Source: the human T2T-CHM13v2.0 reference genome, Homo sapiens. Taken from it: a DNA stretch of 64,000 bases. Positions 27,311 through 42,750 of the stretch are shown piece by piece (position 1 is the first letter of the stretch; each line of letters starts with the position of its first letter). The DNA is taken from NCBI RefSeq assembly GCF_009914755.1, contig NC_060925.1. The stretch is one strand, 5' to 3'. The notes beneath the pieces were generated by a model. It searched no databases. It was not told where the DNA came from and worked only from the letters and a program-made list of their open reading frames with translations. The translations under genes and the position numbers were made by a program.

Positions 27311-28914
27311 ATGAAATTGAAATGGATGGACTCATCATCGAATGGATTCGAATGGAATCATCGAATAAAATTGATTGAAATCATCATCGAATGGAATCGA
27401 ATGGTATCATTGAATGGAATCGAATGGAATCATCATCAGATGGAAATGAATGGAATCGTCATAGAATGGAATCGAATGGATTCATTGAATGGAATCAGAT
27501 GGAATCATCGAATGGACTGGAATGGAATCATTGAATGGACTCGAAAGGGATCATGATTGAATGGAATTGAATGGAATCATCGAATGGTCTCGATTGGAAT
27601 CATTATCAAATGGAATCGAATGGAATCACCGAATAGAATCGAATGGAACAATCATCGAATGGACTCAAATGGAATTATCCTCAAATGGAATCGAATGGAA
27701 TTATCGAATGCAATCGAATGGAATTATCGAATGCAATCGAATAGAATCATCGAAAGGACTCGAATGGAATCATCGAATGGAATGGAATGGAACAGTCAAT
27801 GAACTCGAATGGAATCATCATTGAATGGAATCGAATGGAATCATCGAGTGGAATCGAATGGAATTATGATCAAATGGAATCGAATGTAATCATCATCAAA
27901 TGGAATCAAAAATAACCATCATCAATTGGTATTGAATGGAATTGTCATCAAATGGAATTCAAAGGAATCATCATCAAATGGAACCGAATGGAATCCTCAT
28001 TGAATGGAAATGAAAGGGGTCATCATCTAATGGAATCGCATGGAATCATCATCAAATGGAATCGAATGGAATCATCATCAAATGGAATCTAATGGAATCA
28101 TTGAACAGAATTGAATGGAATCGTCATCGAATGAATTGAATGCAATCATCGAATGGTCTCGAATGGAATCATCTTCTAATGGAAAGGAATGGAATCATCG
28201 CATAGAATCGAATGGAATTATCATCGAATGGAATCGAATGGTATCAACACCAAACGGAAAAAAACGGAATTATCGAATGGAATCGAAGAGAATCTTCGAA
28301 CGGACCCGAATGGAATCATCTAATGGAATGGAATGGAATAATCCATGGACTCGAATGCAATCATCATCGAATGGAATGGAATGGAATCATCGAATGGACT
28401 CGAATGGAATAATCATTGAACGGAATCGAATGGAATCATCATCGGATGGAAACGAATGGAATCATCATCGAATGGAAATGAAAGGAGTCATCATCTAATT
28501 GAATTGCATGGAATCATCATCAAATGGAATCGAATGGAATCAACATCAAACGGAAAAAAACGGAATTATCGAATGGAATTGAAGAGAATCATCGAATGGA
28601 CCCGAATGGAATCATCTAATGGAATGGAATGGAATAATCCATGGACTCGAATGCAATCATCATCGAATGGAATCGAATGGAATCATCGAATGGACTCGAA
28701 TGGAATAATCATTGAACGGAATCGAATGGAATCATCATCGGATGGAAATGAATGGAATCATCATCGAATGGAATCGAATAGAATTATGGAATGAAATCCA
28801 GTGTGATCATCATCGAATGGACCCGAATGGAATCATCATCCAACGGAAGCTAATGGAATCAACATCGAATGAATCGAATGGAAACACCATCGAATTGAAA
28901 CGAATGGAATTATC
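27311..28914 (+). repeat. 1604 bp variant unit (172 bp deletion)
   Basis: Landmark spacing 1604; junction ...GAATCAACATCAAA|CGGAAAAAAACGG at ~28523-28560. Confidence 0.9.
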
Positions 28915-31259
28915 ATGAAATTGAAATGGATGGACTCATCATCGAATGGATTCGAATGGAATCATCGAATAAGATTGATTGAAATCATCATCCAATGGAA
29001 TCGAATGGTATCATTGAATGGAATCGAATGGAATCATCATCAGATGGAAATGAATGGAATCGTCATAGAATGGAATCGAATGGATTCATTGAATGGAATC
29101 AGATGGAATCATCGAATGGACTGGAATGGAATCATTGAATGGACTCGAAAGGGATCATGATTGAATGGAATTGAATGGAATCATCGAATGGTCTCGATTG
29201 GAATCATTATCAAATGGAATCGAATGGAATCACCGAATAGAATCGAATGGAACAATCATCGAATGGACTCAAATGGAATTATCCTCCAATGGAATCGAAT
29301 GGAATTATCGAATGCAATCGAATGGAATTATCGAATGCAATCGAATAGAATCATCGAATGGACTCGAATGGAATCATCGAATGGAATGGAATGGAACAGT
29401 CAATGAACTCGAATGGAATCATCATTGAATGGAATCGAATGGAATCATCGAGTGGAATCGAATGGAATTATGATCAAATGGAATCGAATGTAATCCTCAT
29501 CAAATGGAATCAAAAATAACCATCATCAATTGGTATTGAATGGAATTGTCATCAAATGCAATTCAAAGGAATCATCATCAAATGGAACCGAATGGAATCC
29601 TCATTGAATGGAAATGAAAGGGGTCATCATCTAATGGAATCGCATGGAATCATCATCAAATGGAATCGAATGGAATCATCATCAAATGGAATCTAATGGA
29701 ATCATTGAACAGAATTGAATGGAATCGTCATCGAATGAATTGAATGCAATCATCGAATGGTCTCGAATGGAATCATCTTCTAATGGAAAGGAACGGAATC
29801 ATCGCATAGAATCGAATGGAATTATCATCGAATGGAATCGAATGGTATCAACACCAAACGGAAAAAAACGGAATTATCGAATGGAATCGAAGAGAATCTT
29901 CGAACGGACCCGAATGGAATCATCTAATGGAATGGAATGGAATAATCCATGGACTCGAATGCAATCATCATCGAATGGAATGGAATGGAATCATCGAATG
30001 GACTCGAATGGAATAATCATTGAACGGAATCGAATGGAATCATCATCGGATGGAAACGAATGGAATCATCATCGAATGGAAATGAAAGGAGTCATCATCT
30101 AATGGAATTGCATGGAATCATCATCAAATGGAATCGAATGGAATCAACATCAAATGGAATCAAATGGAATCATTGAACGGAATTGAATGGAATCGTCATC
30201 GAATGAATTGACTGCAATCATCGAATGGTCTCGAATGGAATCATCTTCAAATGGAATGGAATGGAATCATCGCATAGAATCGAATGGAATTATCATCGAA
30301 TGGAATCGAATGGAATCAACATCAAACGGAAAAAAACGGAATTATCGAATGGAATCGAAGAGAATCATCGAATGGACCCGAATGGAATCATCTAATGGAA
30401 TGGAATGGAATAATCCATGGACTCGAATGCAATCATCATCGAATGGAATCGAATGGAATCATCGAATGGACTCGAATGGAATAATCATTGAACGGAATCG
30501 AATGGAATCATCATCGGATGGAAATGAATGGAATCATCATCGAATGGAATCGAATAGAATTATGGAATGAAATCCAGTGTGATCATCATCGAATGTACCC
30601 GAATGGAATCATCATCCAACGGAAGCTAATGGAATCAACATCGAATGAATCGAATGGAAACACCATCGAATTGAAACGAATGGAATTATCATGAAATTGA
30701 AATGGATGGACTCATCATGGAATGGGTTCGAATAGAATCATCGAATAAAATTGATTGAAATCATCATCCAATGGAATCGAATGGTATCATTGAATGGAAT
30801 CGAATGGAATCATCATCAGATGGAAATGAATGGAATCGTCATAGAATGGAATCGAATGGATTCATTGAATGGAATCAGATGGAATCATCGAATGGACTGA
30901 AATGGAATCATTGAATGGACTCGAAAGGGATCATGATTGAATGGAATTGAATGGAATCATCGAATGGTCTCGATTGGAATCATTATCAAATGGAATGGAA
31001 TGGAATCACCGAATAGAATCGAATGGAACAATCATCGAATGGACTCAAATGGAATTATCCTCCAATGGAATCGAATGGAATTATCGAATGCAATCGAATG
31101 GAATTATCGAATGCAATCGAATAGAATCATCGAATGGACTCGAATGGAATCATCGAATGGAATGGAATGGAACAGTCAATGAACTCGAATGGAATCATCA
31201 TTGAATGGAATCGAATGGAATCATCGAGTGGAATCGAATGGAATTATGATCAAATGGAA

Positions 31260-34200
31260 TCTAATGTAATCATCATCCAATGGAATCAAAAATAACCATC
31301 ATCAATTGGTATTGAATGGAATTGTCATCAAATGGAATTCAAAGGAATCATCATCAAATGGAACCGAATGGAATCCTCATTGAATGGAAATGAAAGGGGT
31401 CATCATCTAACGGAATCGCATGGAATCATCATCAAATGGAATCTAATGGAATCATTGAACAGAATTGAATGGAATCGTCATCGAATGAATTGAATGCAAT
31501 CATCGAATGGTCTCGAATGGAATCATCTTCTAATGGAAAGGAATGGAATCATCGCATAGAATCGAATGGAATTATCATCGAATGGAATCGAATGGTATCA
31601 ACACCAAACGGAAAAGAACGGAATTATCGAATGGAATCGAAGAGAATCTTCGAACGGACCCGAATGGAATCATCTAATGGAATGGAATGGAATAATCCAT
31701 GGACTCGAATGCAATCATCATCGAATGGAATGGAATGGAATCATCGAATGGACTCGAATGGAATAATCATTGAACGGAATCGAATGGAATCATCATCGGA
31801 TGGAAACGAATGGAATCATCATCGAATGGAAATGAAAGGAGTCATCATCTAATGGAATTGCATGGAATCATCATAAAATGGAATCGAATGGAATCAACAT
31901 CAAATGGAATCAAATGGAATCATTGAACGGAATTGAATGGAATCGTCATCGAATGAATTGACTGCAATCATCGAATGGTCTCGAATGGAATCATCTTCAA
32001 ATGGAATGGAATGGAATCATCGCATAGAATCGAATGGAATTATCATCGAATGGAATCGAATGGAATCAACATCAAACGGAAAAAAACGGAATTATCGAAT
32101 GGAATCGAAGAGAATCATCGAATGGACCCGAATGGAATCATCTAATGGAATGGAATGGAATAATCCATGGACTCGAATGCAATCATCATCGAATGGAATC
32201 GAATGGAATCATCGAATGGACTCGAATGGAATAATCATTGAACGGAATCGAATGGAATCATCATCGGATGGAAATGAATGGAATCATCATCGAATGGAAT
32301 CGAATAGAATTATGGAATGAAATCCAGTGTGATCATCATCGAATGGACCCGAATGGAATCATCATCCAACGGAAGCTAATGGAATCAACATCGAATGAAT
32401 CGAATGGAAACACCATCGAATTGAAACGAATGGAATTATCATGAAATTGAAATGGATGGACTCATCATCGAATGGATTCGAATGGAATCATCGAATAAAA
32501 TTGATTGAAATCATCATCGAATGGAATCGAATGGTATCATTGAATGGAATCGAATGGAATCATCATCAGATGGAAATGAATGGAATCGTCATAGAATGGA
32601 ATCGAATGGATTCATTGAATGGAATCAGATGGAATCATCGAATGGACTGGAATGGAATCATTGAATGGACTCGAAAGGGATCATGATTGAATGGAATTGA
32701 ATGGAATCATCGAATGGTCTCGATTGGAATCATTATCAAATGGAATCGAATGGAATCACCGAATAGAATCGAATGGAACAATCATCGAATGGACTCAAAT
32801 GGAATTATCCTCAAATGGAATCGAATGGAATTATCGAATGCAATCGAATGGAATTATCGAATGCAATCGAATAGAATCATCGAAAGGACTCGAATGGAAT
32901 CATCGAATGGAATGGAATGGAACAGTCAATGAACTCGAATGGAATCATCATTGAATGGAATCGAATGGAATCATCGAGTGGAATCGAATGGAATTATGAT
33001 CAAATGGAATCGAATGTAATCATCATCAAATGGAATCAAAAATAACCATCATCAATTGGTATTGAATGGAATTGTCATCAAATGGAATTCAAAGGAATCA
33101 TCATCAAATGGAACCGAATGGAATCCTCATTGAATGGAAATGAAAGGGGTCATCATCTAATGGAATCGCATGGAATCATCATCAAATGGAATCGAATGGA
33201 ATCATCATCAAATGGAATCTAATGGAATCATTGAACAGAATTGAATGGAATCGTCATCGAATGAATTGAATGCAATCATCGAATGGTCTCGAATGGAATC
33301 ATCTTCTAATGGAAAGGAATGGAATCATCGCATAGAATCGAATGGAATTATCATCGAATGGAATCGAATGGTATCAACACCAAACGGAAAAAAATGGAAT
33401 TATCGAATGGAATCGAAGAGAATCTTCGAACGGACCCGAATGGAATCATCTAATGGAATGGAATGGAATAATCCATGGACTCGAATGCAATCATCATCGA
33501 ATGGAATGGAATGGAATGGAATCATCGAATGGACTCGAATGGAATAATCATTGAACGGAATCGAATGGAATCATCATCGGATGGAAACGAATGGAATCAT
33601 CATCGAATGGAAATGAAAGGAGTCGTCATCTAATGGAATTGCATGGAATCATCATAAAATGGAATCGAATGGAATCAACATCAAATGGAATCAAATGGAA
33701 TCATTGAACGGAATTGAATGGAATCGTCATCGAATGAATTGACTGCAATCATCGAATGGTCTCGAATGGAATCATCTTCAAATGGAATGGAATGGAATCA
33801 TCGCATAGAATCGAATGGAATTATCATCGAATGGAATCGAATGGAATCAACATCAAACGGAAAAAAACGGAATTATCGAATGGAATCGAAGAGAATCATC
33901 GAATGGACCCGAATGGAATCATCTAATGGAATGGAATGGAATAATCCATGGACTCGAATGCAATCATCATCGAATGGAATCGAATGGAATCATCGAATGG
34001 ACTCGAATGGAATAATCATTGAACGGAATCGAATGGAATCATCATCGGATGGAAATGAATGGAATCATCATCGAATGGAATCGAATAGAAATATGGAATG
34101 AAATCCAGTGTGATCATCATCGAATGGACCCGAATGGAATCATCATCCAACGGAAGCTAATGGAATCAACATCGAATGAATCGAATGGAAACACCATCGA

Positions 34201-37200
34201 ATTGAAACGAATGGAATTATCATGAAATTGAAATGGATGGACTCATCATCGAATGGATTCGAATGGAATCATCGAATAAAATTGATTGAAATCATCATCG
34301 AATGGAATCGAATGGTATCATTGAATGGAATCGAATGGAATCATCATCAGATGGAAATGAATGGAATCGTCATAGAATGGAATCGAATGGATTCATTGAA
34401 TGGAATCAGATGGAATCATCGAATGGACTGGAATGGAATCATTGAATGGACTCGAAAGGGATCATTATGGAATGGAATTGAATGGAATCATCGAATGGTC
34501 TCGATTGGAATCATTATCAAATGGAATCGAATGGAATCACCGAATAGAATCGAATGGAACAATCATCGAATGGACTCAAATGGAATTATCCTCCAATGGA
34601 ATCGAATGGAATTATCGAATGCAATCGAATGGAATTATCGAATGCAATCGAATAGAATCATCGAATGGACTCGAATGGAATCATCGAATGGAATGGAATG
34701 GAACAGTCAATGAACTCGAATGGAATCATCATTGAATGGAATCGAATGGAATCATCGAGTGGAATCGAATGGAATTATGATCAAATGGAATCGAATGTAA
34801 TCATCATCAAATGGAATCAAAAATAACCATCATCAATTGGTATTGAATGGAATTGTCATCAAATGGAATTCAAAGGAATCATCATCAAATGGAACCGAAT
34901 GGAATCCTCATTGAATGGAAATGAAAGGGGTCATCATCTAATGGAATCGCATGGAATCATCATCAAATGGAATCGAATGGAATCATCATCAAATGTAATC
35001 TAATGGAATCATTGAACAGAATTGAATGGAATCGTCATCGAATGAATTGAATGCAATCATCGAATGGTCTCGAATGGAATCATCTTCTAATGGAAAGGAA
35101 TGGAATCATCGCATAGAATCGAATGGAATTATCATCGAATGGAATCGAATGGTATCAACACCAAACGGAAAAAAACGGAATTATCGAATGGAATCGAAGA
35201 GAATCTTCGAACGGACCCGAATGGAATCATCTAATGGAATGGAATGGAATAATCCATGGACTCGAATGCAATCATCATCGAATGGAATCGAATGGAATCA
35301 TCGAATGGACTCGAATGGAATAATCATTGAACGGAATCGAATGGAATCATCATCGGATGGAAACGAATGGAATCATCATCGAATGGAAATGAAAGGAGTC
35401 ATCATCTAATGGAATTGCATGGAATCATCATAAAATGGAATCGAATGGAATCAACATCAAATGGAATCAAATGGAATCATTGAACGGAATTGAATGGAAT
35501 CGTCATCGAATGAATTGACTGCAATCATCGAATGGTCTCGAATGGAATCATCTTCAAATGGAATGGAATGGAATCATCGCATAGAATCGAATGGAATTAT
35601 CATCGAATAGAATCGAATGGAATCAACATCAAACGGAAAAAAACAGAATTATCGTATGGAATCGAAGAGAATCATCGAATGGACCCGAATGGAATCATCT
35701 AATGGAATGGAATGGAATAATCCATGGACTCGAATGCAATCATCATCGAATGGAATCGAATGGAATCATCGAATGGACTCGAATGGAATAATCATTGAAC
35801 GGAATCGAATGGAATCATCATCGGATGGAAATGAATGGAATCATCATCGAATGGAATCGAATAGAATTATGGAATGAAATCCAGTGTGATCATCATCGAA
35901 TGTACCCGAATGGAATCATCATCCAACGGAAGCTAATGGAATCAACATCGAATGAATCGAATGGAAACACCATCGAATTGAAACGAATGGAATTATCATG
36001 AAATTGAAATGGATGGACTCATCATGGAATGGGTTCGAATAGAATCATCGAATAAAATTGATTGAAATCATCATCCAATGGAATCGAATGGTATCATTGA
36101 ATGGAATCGAATGGAATCATCATCAGATGGAAATGAATGGAATCGTCATAGAATGGAATCGAATGGATTCATTGAATGGAATCAGATGGAATCATCGAAT
36201 GGACTGAAATGGAATCATTGAATGGACTCGAAAGGGATCATGATTGAATGGAATTGAATGGAATCATCGAATGGTCTCGATTGGAATCATTATCAAATGG
36301 AATGGAATGGAATCACCGAATAGAATCGAATGGAACAATCATCGAATGGACTCAAATGGAATTATCCTCCAATGGAATCGAATGGAATTATCGAATGCAA
36401 TCGAATGGAATTATCGAATGCAATCGAATAGAATCATCGAATGGACTCGAATGGAATCATCGAATGGAATGGAATGGAACAGTCAATGAACTCGAATGGA
36501 ATCATCATTGAATGGAATCGAATGGAATCATCGAGTGGAATCGAATGGAATTATGATCAAATGGAATCGAATGTAATCATCATCAAATGGAATCAAAAAT
36601 AACCATCATCAATTGGTATTGAATGGAATTGTCATCAAATGGAATTCAAAGGAATCATCATCAAATGGAACCGAATGGAATCCTCATTGAATGGAAATGA
36701 AAGGGGTCATCATCTAATGGAATCGCATGGAATCATCATCAAATGGAATCGAATGGAATCATCATCAAATGGAATCTAATGGAATCATTGAACAGAAATG
36801 AATGGAATCGTCATCGAATGAATTGAATGCAATCATCGAATGGTCTCGAATGGAATCATCTTCTAATGGAAAGGAATGGAATCATCGCATAGAATCGAAT
36901 GGAATTATCATCGAATGGAATCGAATGGTATCAACACCAAACGGAAAAAAACGGAATTATCGAATGGAATCGAAGAGAATCTTCGAACGGACCCGAATGG
37001 AATCATCTAATGGAATGGAATGGAATAATCCATGGACTCGAATGCAATCATCATCGAATGGAATGGAATGGAATCATCGAATGGACTCGAATGGAATAAT
37101 CATTGAACGGAATCGAATGGAATCATCATCGGATGGAAACGAATGGAATCATGATCGAATGGAAATGAAAGGAGTCATCATCTAATGGAATTGCATGGAA

Positions 37201-40200
37201 TCATCATAAAATGGAATCGAATGGAATCAACATCAAATGGAATCAAATGGAATCATTGAACGGAATTGAATGGAATCGTCATCGAATGAATTGACTGCAA
37301 TCATCGAATGGTCTCGAATGGAATCATCTTCAAATGGAATGGAATGGAATCATCGCATAGAATCGAATGGAATTATCATCGAATGGAATCGAATGGAATC
37401 AACATCAAACGGAAAAAAACGGAATTATCGAATGGAATCGAAGAGAATCATCGAATGGACCCGAATGGAATCATCTAATGGAATGGAATGGAATAATCCA
37501 TGGACTCGAATGCAATCATCATCGAATGGAATCGAATGGAATCATCGAATGGACTCGAATGGAATAATCATTGAACGGAATCGAATGGAATCATCATCGG
37601 ATGGAAATGAATGGAATCATCATCGAATGGAATCGAATAGAATTATGGAATGAAATCCAGTGTGATCATCATCGAATGGACCCGAATGGAATCATCATCC
37701 AACAGAAGCTAATGGAATCAACATCGAATGAATCGAATGGAAACACCATCGAATTGAAACGAATGGAATTATCATGAAATTGAAATGGATGGACTCATCA
37801 TCGAATGGATTCGAATGGAATCATCGAATAAAATTGATTGAAATCATCATCCAATGGAATCGAATGGTATCATTGAATGGAATCGAATGGAATCATCATC
37901 AGATGGAAATGAATGGAATCGTCATAAAATGGAATCGAATGGATTCATTGAATGGAATCAGATGGAATCATCGAATGGACTGGAATGGAATCATTGAATG
38001 GACTCGAAAGGGATCATGATTGAATGGAATTGAATGGAATCATCGAATGGTCTCGATTGGAATCATTATCAAATGGAATCGAATGGAATCACCGAATAGA
38101 ATCGAATGGAACAATCATCGAATGGACTCAAATGGAATTATCCTCCAATGGAATCGAATGGAATTATCGAATGCAATCGAATGGAATTATCGAATGCAAT
38201 CGAATAGAATCATCGAATGGACTCGAATGGAATCATCGAATGGAATGGAATGGAACAGTCAATGAACTCGAATGGAATCATCATTGAATGGAATCGAATG
38301 GAATCATCGAGTGGAATCGAATGGAATTATGATCAAATGGAATCTAATGTAATCATCATCCAATGGAATCAAAAATAACCATCATCAATTGGTATTGAAT
38401 GGAATTGTCATCAAATGGAATTCAAAGGAATCATCATCAAATGGAACCGAATGGAATCCTCATTGAATGGAAATGAAAGGGGTCATCATCTAACGGAATC
38501 GCATGGAATCATCATCAAATGGAATCTAATGGAATCATTGAACAGAATTGAATGGAATCGTCATCGAATGAATTGAATGCAATCATCGAATGGTCTCGAA
38601 TGGAATCATCTTCTAATGGAAAGGAATGGAATCATCGCATAGAATCGAATGGAATTATCATCGAATGGAATCGAATGGTATCAACACCAAACGGAAAAGA
38701 ACGGAATTATCGAATGGAATCGAAGAGAATCTTCGAACGGACCCGAATGGAATCATCTAATGGAATGGAATGGAATAATCCATGGACTCGAATGCAATCA
38801 TCATCGAATGGAATGGAATGGAATCATCGAATGGACTCGAATGGAATAATCATTGAACGGAATCGAATGGAATCATCATCGGATGGAAACGAATGGAATC
38901 ATCATCGAATGGAAATGAAAGGAGTCATCATCTAATGGAATTGCATGGAATCATCATAAAATGGAATCGAATGGAATCAACATCAAATGGAATCAAATGG
39001 AATCATTGAACGGAATTGAATGGAATCGTCATCGAATGAATTGACTGCAATCATCGAATGGTCTCGAATGGAATCATCTTCAAATGGAATGGAATGGAAT
39101 CATCGCATAGAATCGAATGGAATTATCATCGAATGGAATCGAATGGAATCAACATCAAACGGAAAAAAACGGAATTATCGAATGGAATCGAAGAGAATCA
39201 TCGAATGGACCCGAATGGAATCATCTAATGGAATGGAATGGAATAATCCATGGACTCGAATGCAATCATCATCGAATGGAATCGAATGGAATCATCGAAT
39301 GGACTCGAATGGAATAATCATTGAACGGAATCGAATGGAATCATCATCGGATGGAAATGAATGGAATCATCATCGAATGGAATCGAATAGAATTATGGAA
39401 TGAAATCCAGTGTGATCATCATCGAATGGACCCGAATGGAATCATCATCCAACGGAAGCTAATGGAATCAACATCGAATGAATCGAATGGAAACACCATC
39501 GAATTGAAACGAATGGAATTATCATGAAATTGAAATGGATGGACTCATCATCGAATGGATTCGAATGGAATCATCGAATAAAATTGATTGAAATCATCAT
39601 CGAATGGAATCGAATGGTATCATTGAATGGAATCGAATGGAATCATCATCAGATGGAAATGAATGGAATCGTCATAGAATGGAATCGAATGGATTCATTG
39701 AATGGAATCAGATGGAATCATCGAATGGACTGGAATGGAATCATTGAATGGACTCGAAAGGGATCATGATTGAATGGAATTGAATGGAATCATCGAATGG
39801 TCTCGATTGGAATCATTATCAAATGGAATCGAATGGAATCACCGAATAGAATCGAATGGAACAATCATCGAATGGACTCAAATGGAATTATCCTCAAATG
39901 GAATCGAATGGAATTATCGAATGCAATCGAATGGAATTATCGAATGCAATCGAATAGAATCATCGAAAGGACTCGAATGGAATCATCGAATGGAATGGAA
40001 TGGAACAGTCAATGAACTCGAATGGAATCATCATTGAATGGAATCGAATGGAATCATCGAGTGGAATCGAATGGAATTATGATCAAATGGAATCGAATGT
40101 AATCATCATCAAATGGAATCAAAAATAACCATCATCAATTGGTATTGAATGGAATTGTCATCAAATGGAATTCAAAGGAATCATCATCAAATGGAACCGA

Positions 40201-42750
40201 ATGGAATCCTCATTGAATGGAAATGAAAGGGGTCATCATCTAATGGAATCGCATGGAATCATCATCAAATGGAATCGAATGGAATCATCATCAAATGGAA
40301 TCTAATGGAATCATTGAACAGAATTGAATGGAATCGTCATCGAATGAATTGAATGCAATCATCGAATGGTCTCGAATGGAATCATCTTCTAATGGAAAGG
40401 AATGGAATCATCGCATAGAATCGAATGGAATTATCATCGAATGGAATCGAATGGTATCAACACCAAACGGAAAAAAATGGAATTATCGAATGGAATCGAA
40501 GAGAATCTTCGAACGGACCCGAATGGAATCATCTAATGGAATGGAATGGAATAATCCATGGACTCGAATGCAATCATCATCGAATGGAATGGAATGGAAT
40601 GGAATCATCGAATGGACTCGAATGGAATAATCATTGAACGGAATCGAATGGAATCATCATCGGATGGAAACGAATGGAATCATCATCGAATGGAAATGAA
40701 AGGAGTCATCATCTAATGGAATTGCATGGAATCATCATAAAATGGAATCGAATGGAATCAACATCAAATGGAATCAAATGGAATCATTGAACGGAATTGA
40801 ATGGAATCGTCATCGAATGAATTGACTGCAATCATCGAATGGTCTCGAATGGAATCATCTTCAAATGGAATGGAATGGAATCATCGCATAGAATCGAATG
40901 GAATTATCATCGAATGGAATCGAATGGAATCAACATCAAACGGAAAAAAACGGAATTATCGAATGGAATCGAAGAGAATCATCGAATGGACCCGAATGGA
41001 ATCATCTAATGGAATGGAATGGAATAATCCATGGACTCGAATGCAATCATCATCGAATGGAATCGAATGGAATCATCGAATGGACTCGAATGGAATAATC
41101 ATTGAACGGAATCGAATGGAATCATCATCGGATGGAAATGAATGGAATCATCATCGAATGGAATCGAATAGAAATATGGAATGAAATCCAGTGTGATCAT
41201 CATCGAATGGACCCGAATGGAATCATCATCCAACGGAAGCTAATGGAATCAACATCGAATGAATCGAATGGAAACACCATCGAATTGAAACGAATGGAAT
41301 TATCATGAAATTGAAATGGATGGACTCATCATCGAATGGATTCGAATGGAATCATCGAATAAAATTGATTGAAATCATCATCGAATGGAATCGAATGGTA
41401 TCATTGAATGGAATCGAATGGAATCATCATCAGATGGAAATGAATGGAATCGTCATAGAATGGAATCGAATGGATTCATTGAATGGAATCAGATGGAATC
41501 ATCGAATGGACTGGAATGGAATCATTGAATGGACTCGAAAGGGATCATTATGGAATGGAATTGAATGGAATCATCGAATGGTCTCGATTGGAATCATTAT
41601 CAAATGGAATCGAATGGAATCACCGAATAGAATCGAATGGAACAATCATCGAATGGACTCAAATGGAATTATCCTCCAATGGAATCGAATGGAATTATCG
41701 AATGCAATCGAATGGAATTATCGAATGCAATCGAATAGAATCATCGAATGGACTCGAATGGAATCATCGAATGGAATGGAATGGAACAGTCAATGAACTC
41801 GAATGGAATCATCATTGAATGGAATCGAATGGAATCATCGAGTGGAATCGAATGGAATTATGATCAAATGGAATCGAATGTAATCATCATCAAATGGAAT
41901 CAAAAATAACCATCATCAATTGGTATTGAATGGAATTGTCATCAAATGGAATTCAAAGGAATCATCATCAAATGGAACCGAATGGAATCCTCATTGAATG
42001 GAAATGAAAGGGGTCATCATCTAATGGAATCGCATGGAATCATCATCAAATGGAATCGAATGGAATCATCATCAAATGTAATCTAATGGAATCATTGAAC
42101 AGAATTGAATGGAATCGTCATCGAATGAATTGAATGCAATCATCGAATGGTCTCGAATGGAATCATCTTCTAATGGAAAGGAATGGAATCATCGCATAGA
42201 ATCGAATGGAATTATCATCGAATGGAATCGAATGGTATCAACACCAAACGGAAAAAAACGGAATTATCGAATGGAATCGAAGAGAATCTTCGAACGGACC
42301 CGAATGGAATCATCTAATGGAATGGAATGGAATAATCCATGGACTCGAATGCAATCATCATCGAATGGAATCGAATGGAATCATCGAATGGACTCGAATG
42401 GAATAATCATTGAACGGAATCGAATGGAATCATCATCGGATGGAAACGAATGGAATCATCATCGAATGGAAATGAAAGGAGTCATCATCTAATGGAATTG
42501 CATGGAATCATCATAAAATGGAATCGAATGGAATCAACATCAAATGGAATCAAATGGAATCATTGAACGGAATTGAATGGAATCGTCATCGAATGAATTG
42601 ACTGCAATCATCGAATGGTCTCGAATGGAATCATCTTCAAATGGAATGGAATGGAATCATCGCATAGAATCGAATGGAATTATCATCGAATAGAATCGAA
42701 TGGAATCAACATCAAACGGAAAAAAACAGAATTATCGTATGGAATCGAAG
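31260..42750 (+). repeat. Region containing a ~4.5-4.9 kb multi-unit block repeated at a 7083 bp offset
   Basis: Spacing series 1750-1781-1776-1776 occurs twice. Shared private variants at +7083 (31411/38494 CTAACGG; extra GAATG at ~33500/~40583; CATTATGGAA ~34463/~41546; CAGAATTATCGTAT ~35644/~42727). Confidence 0.88.
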
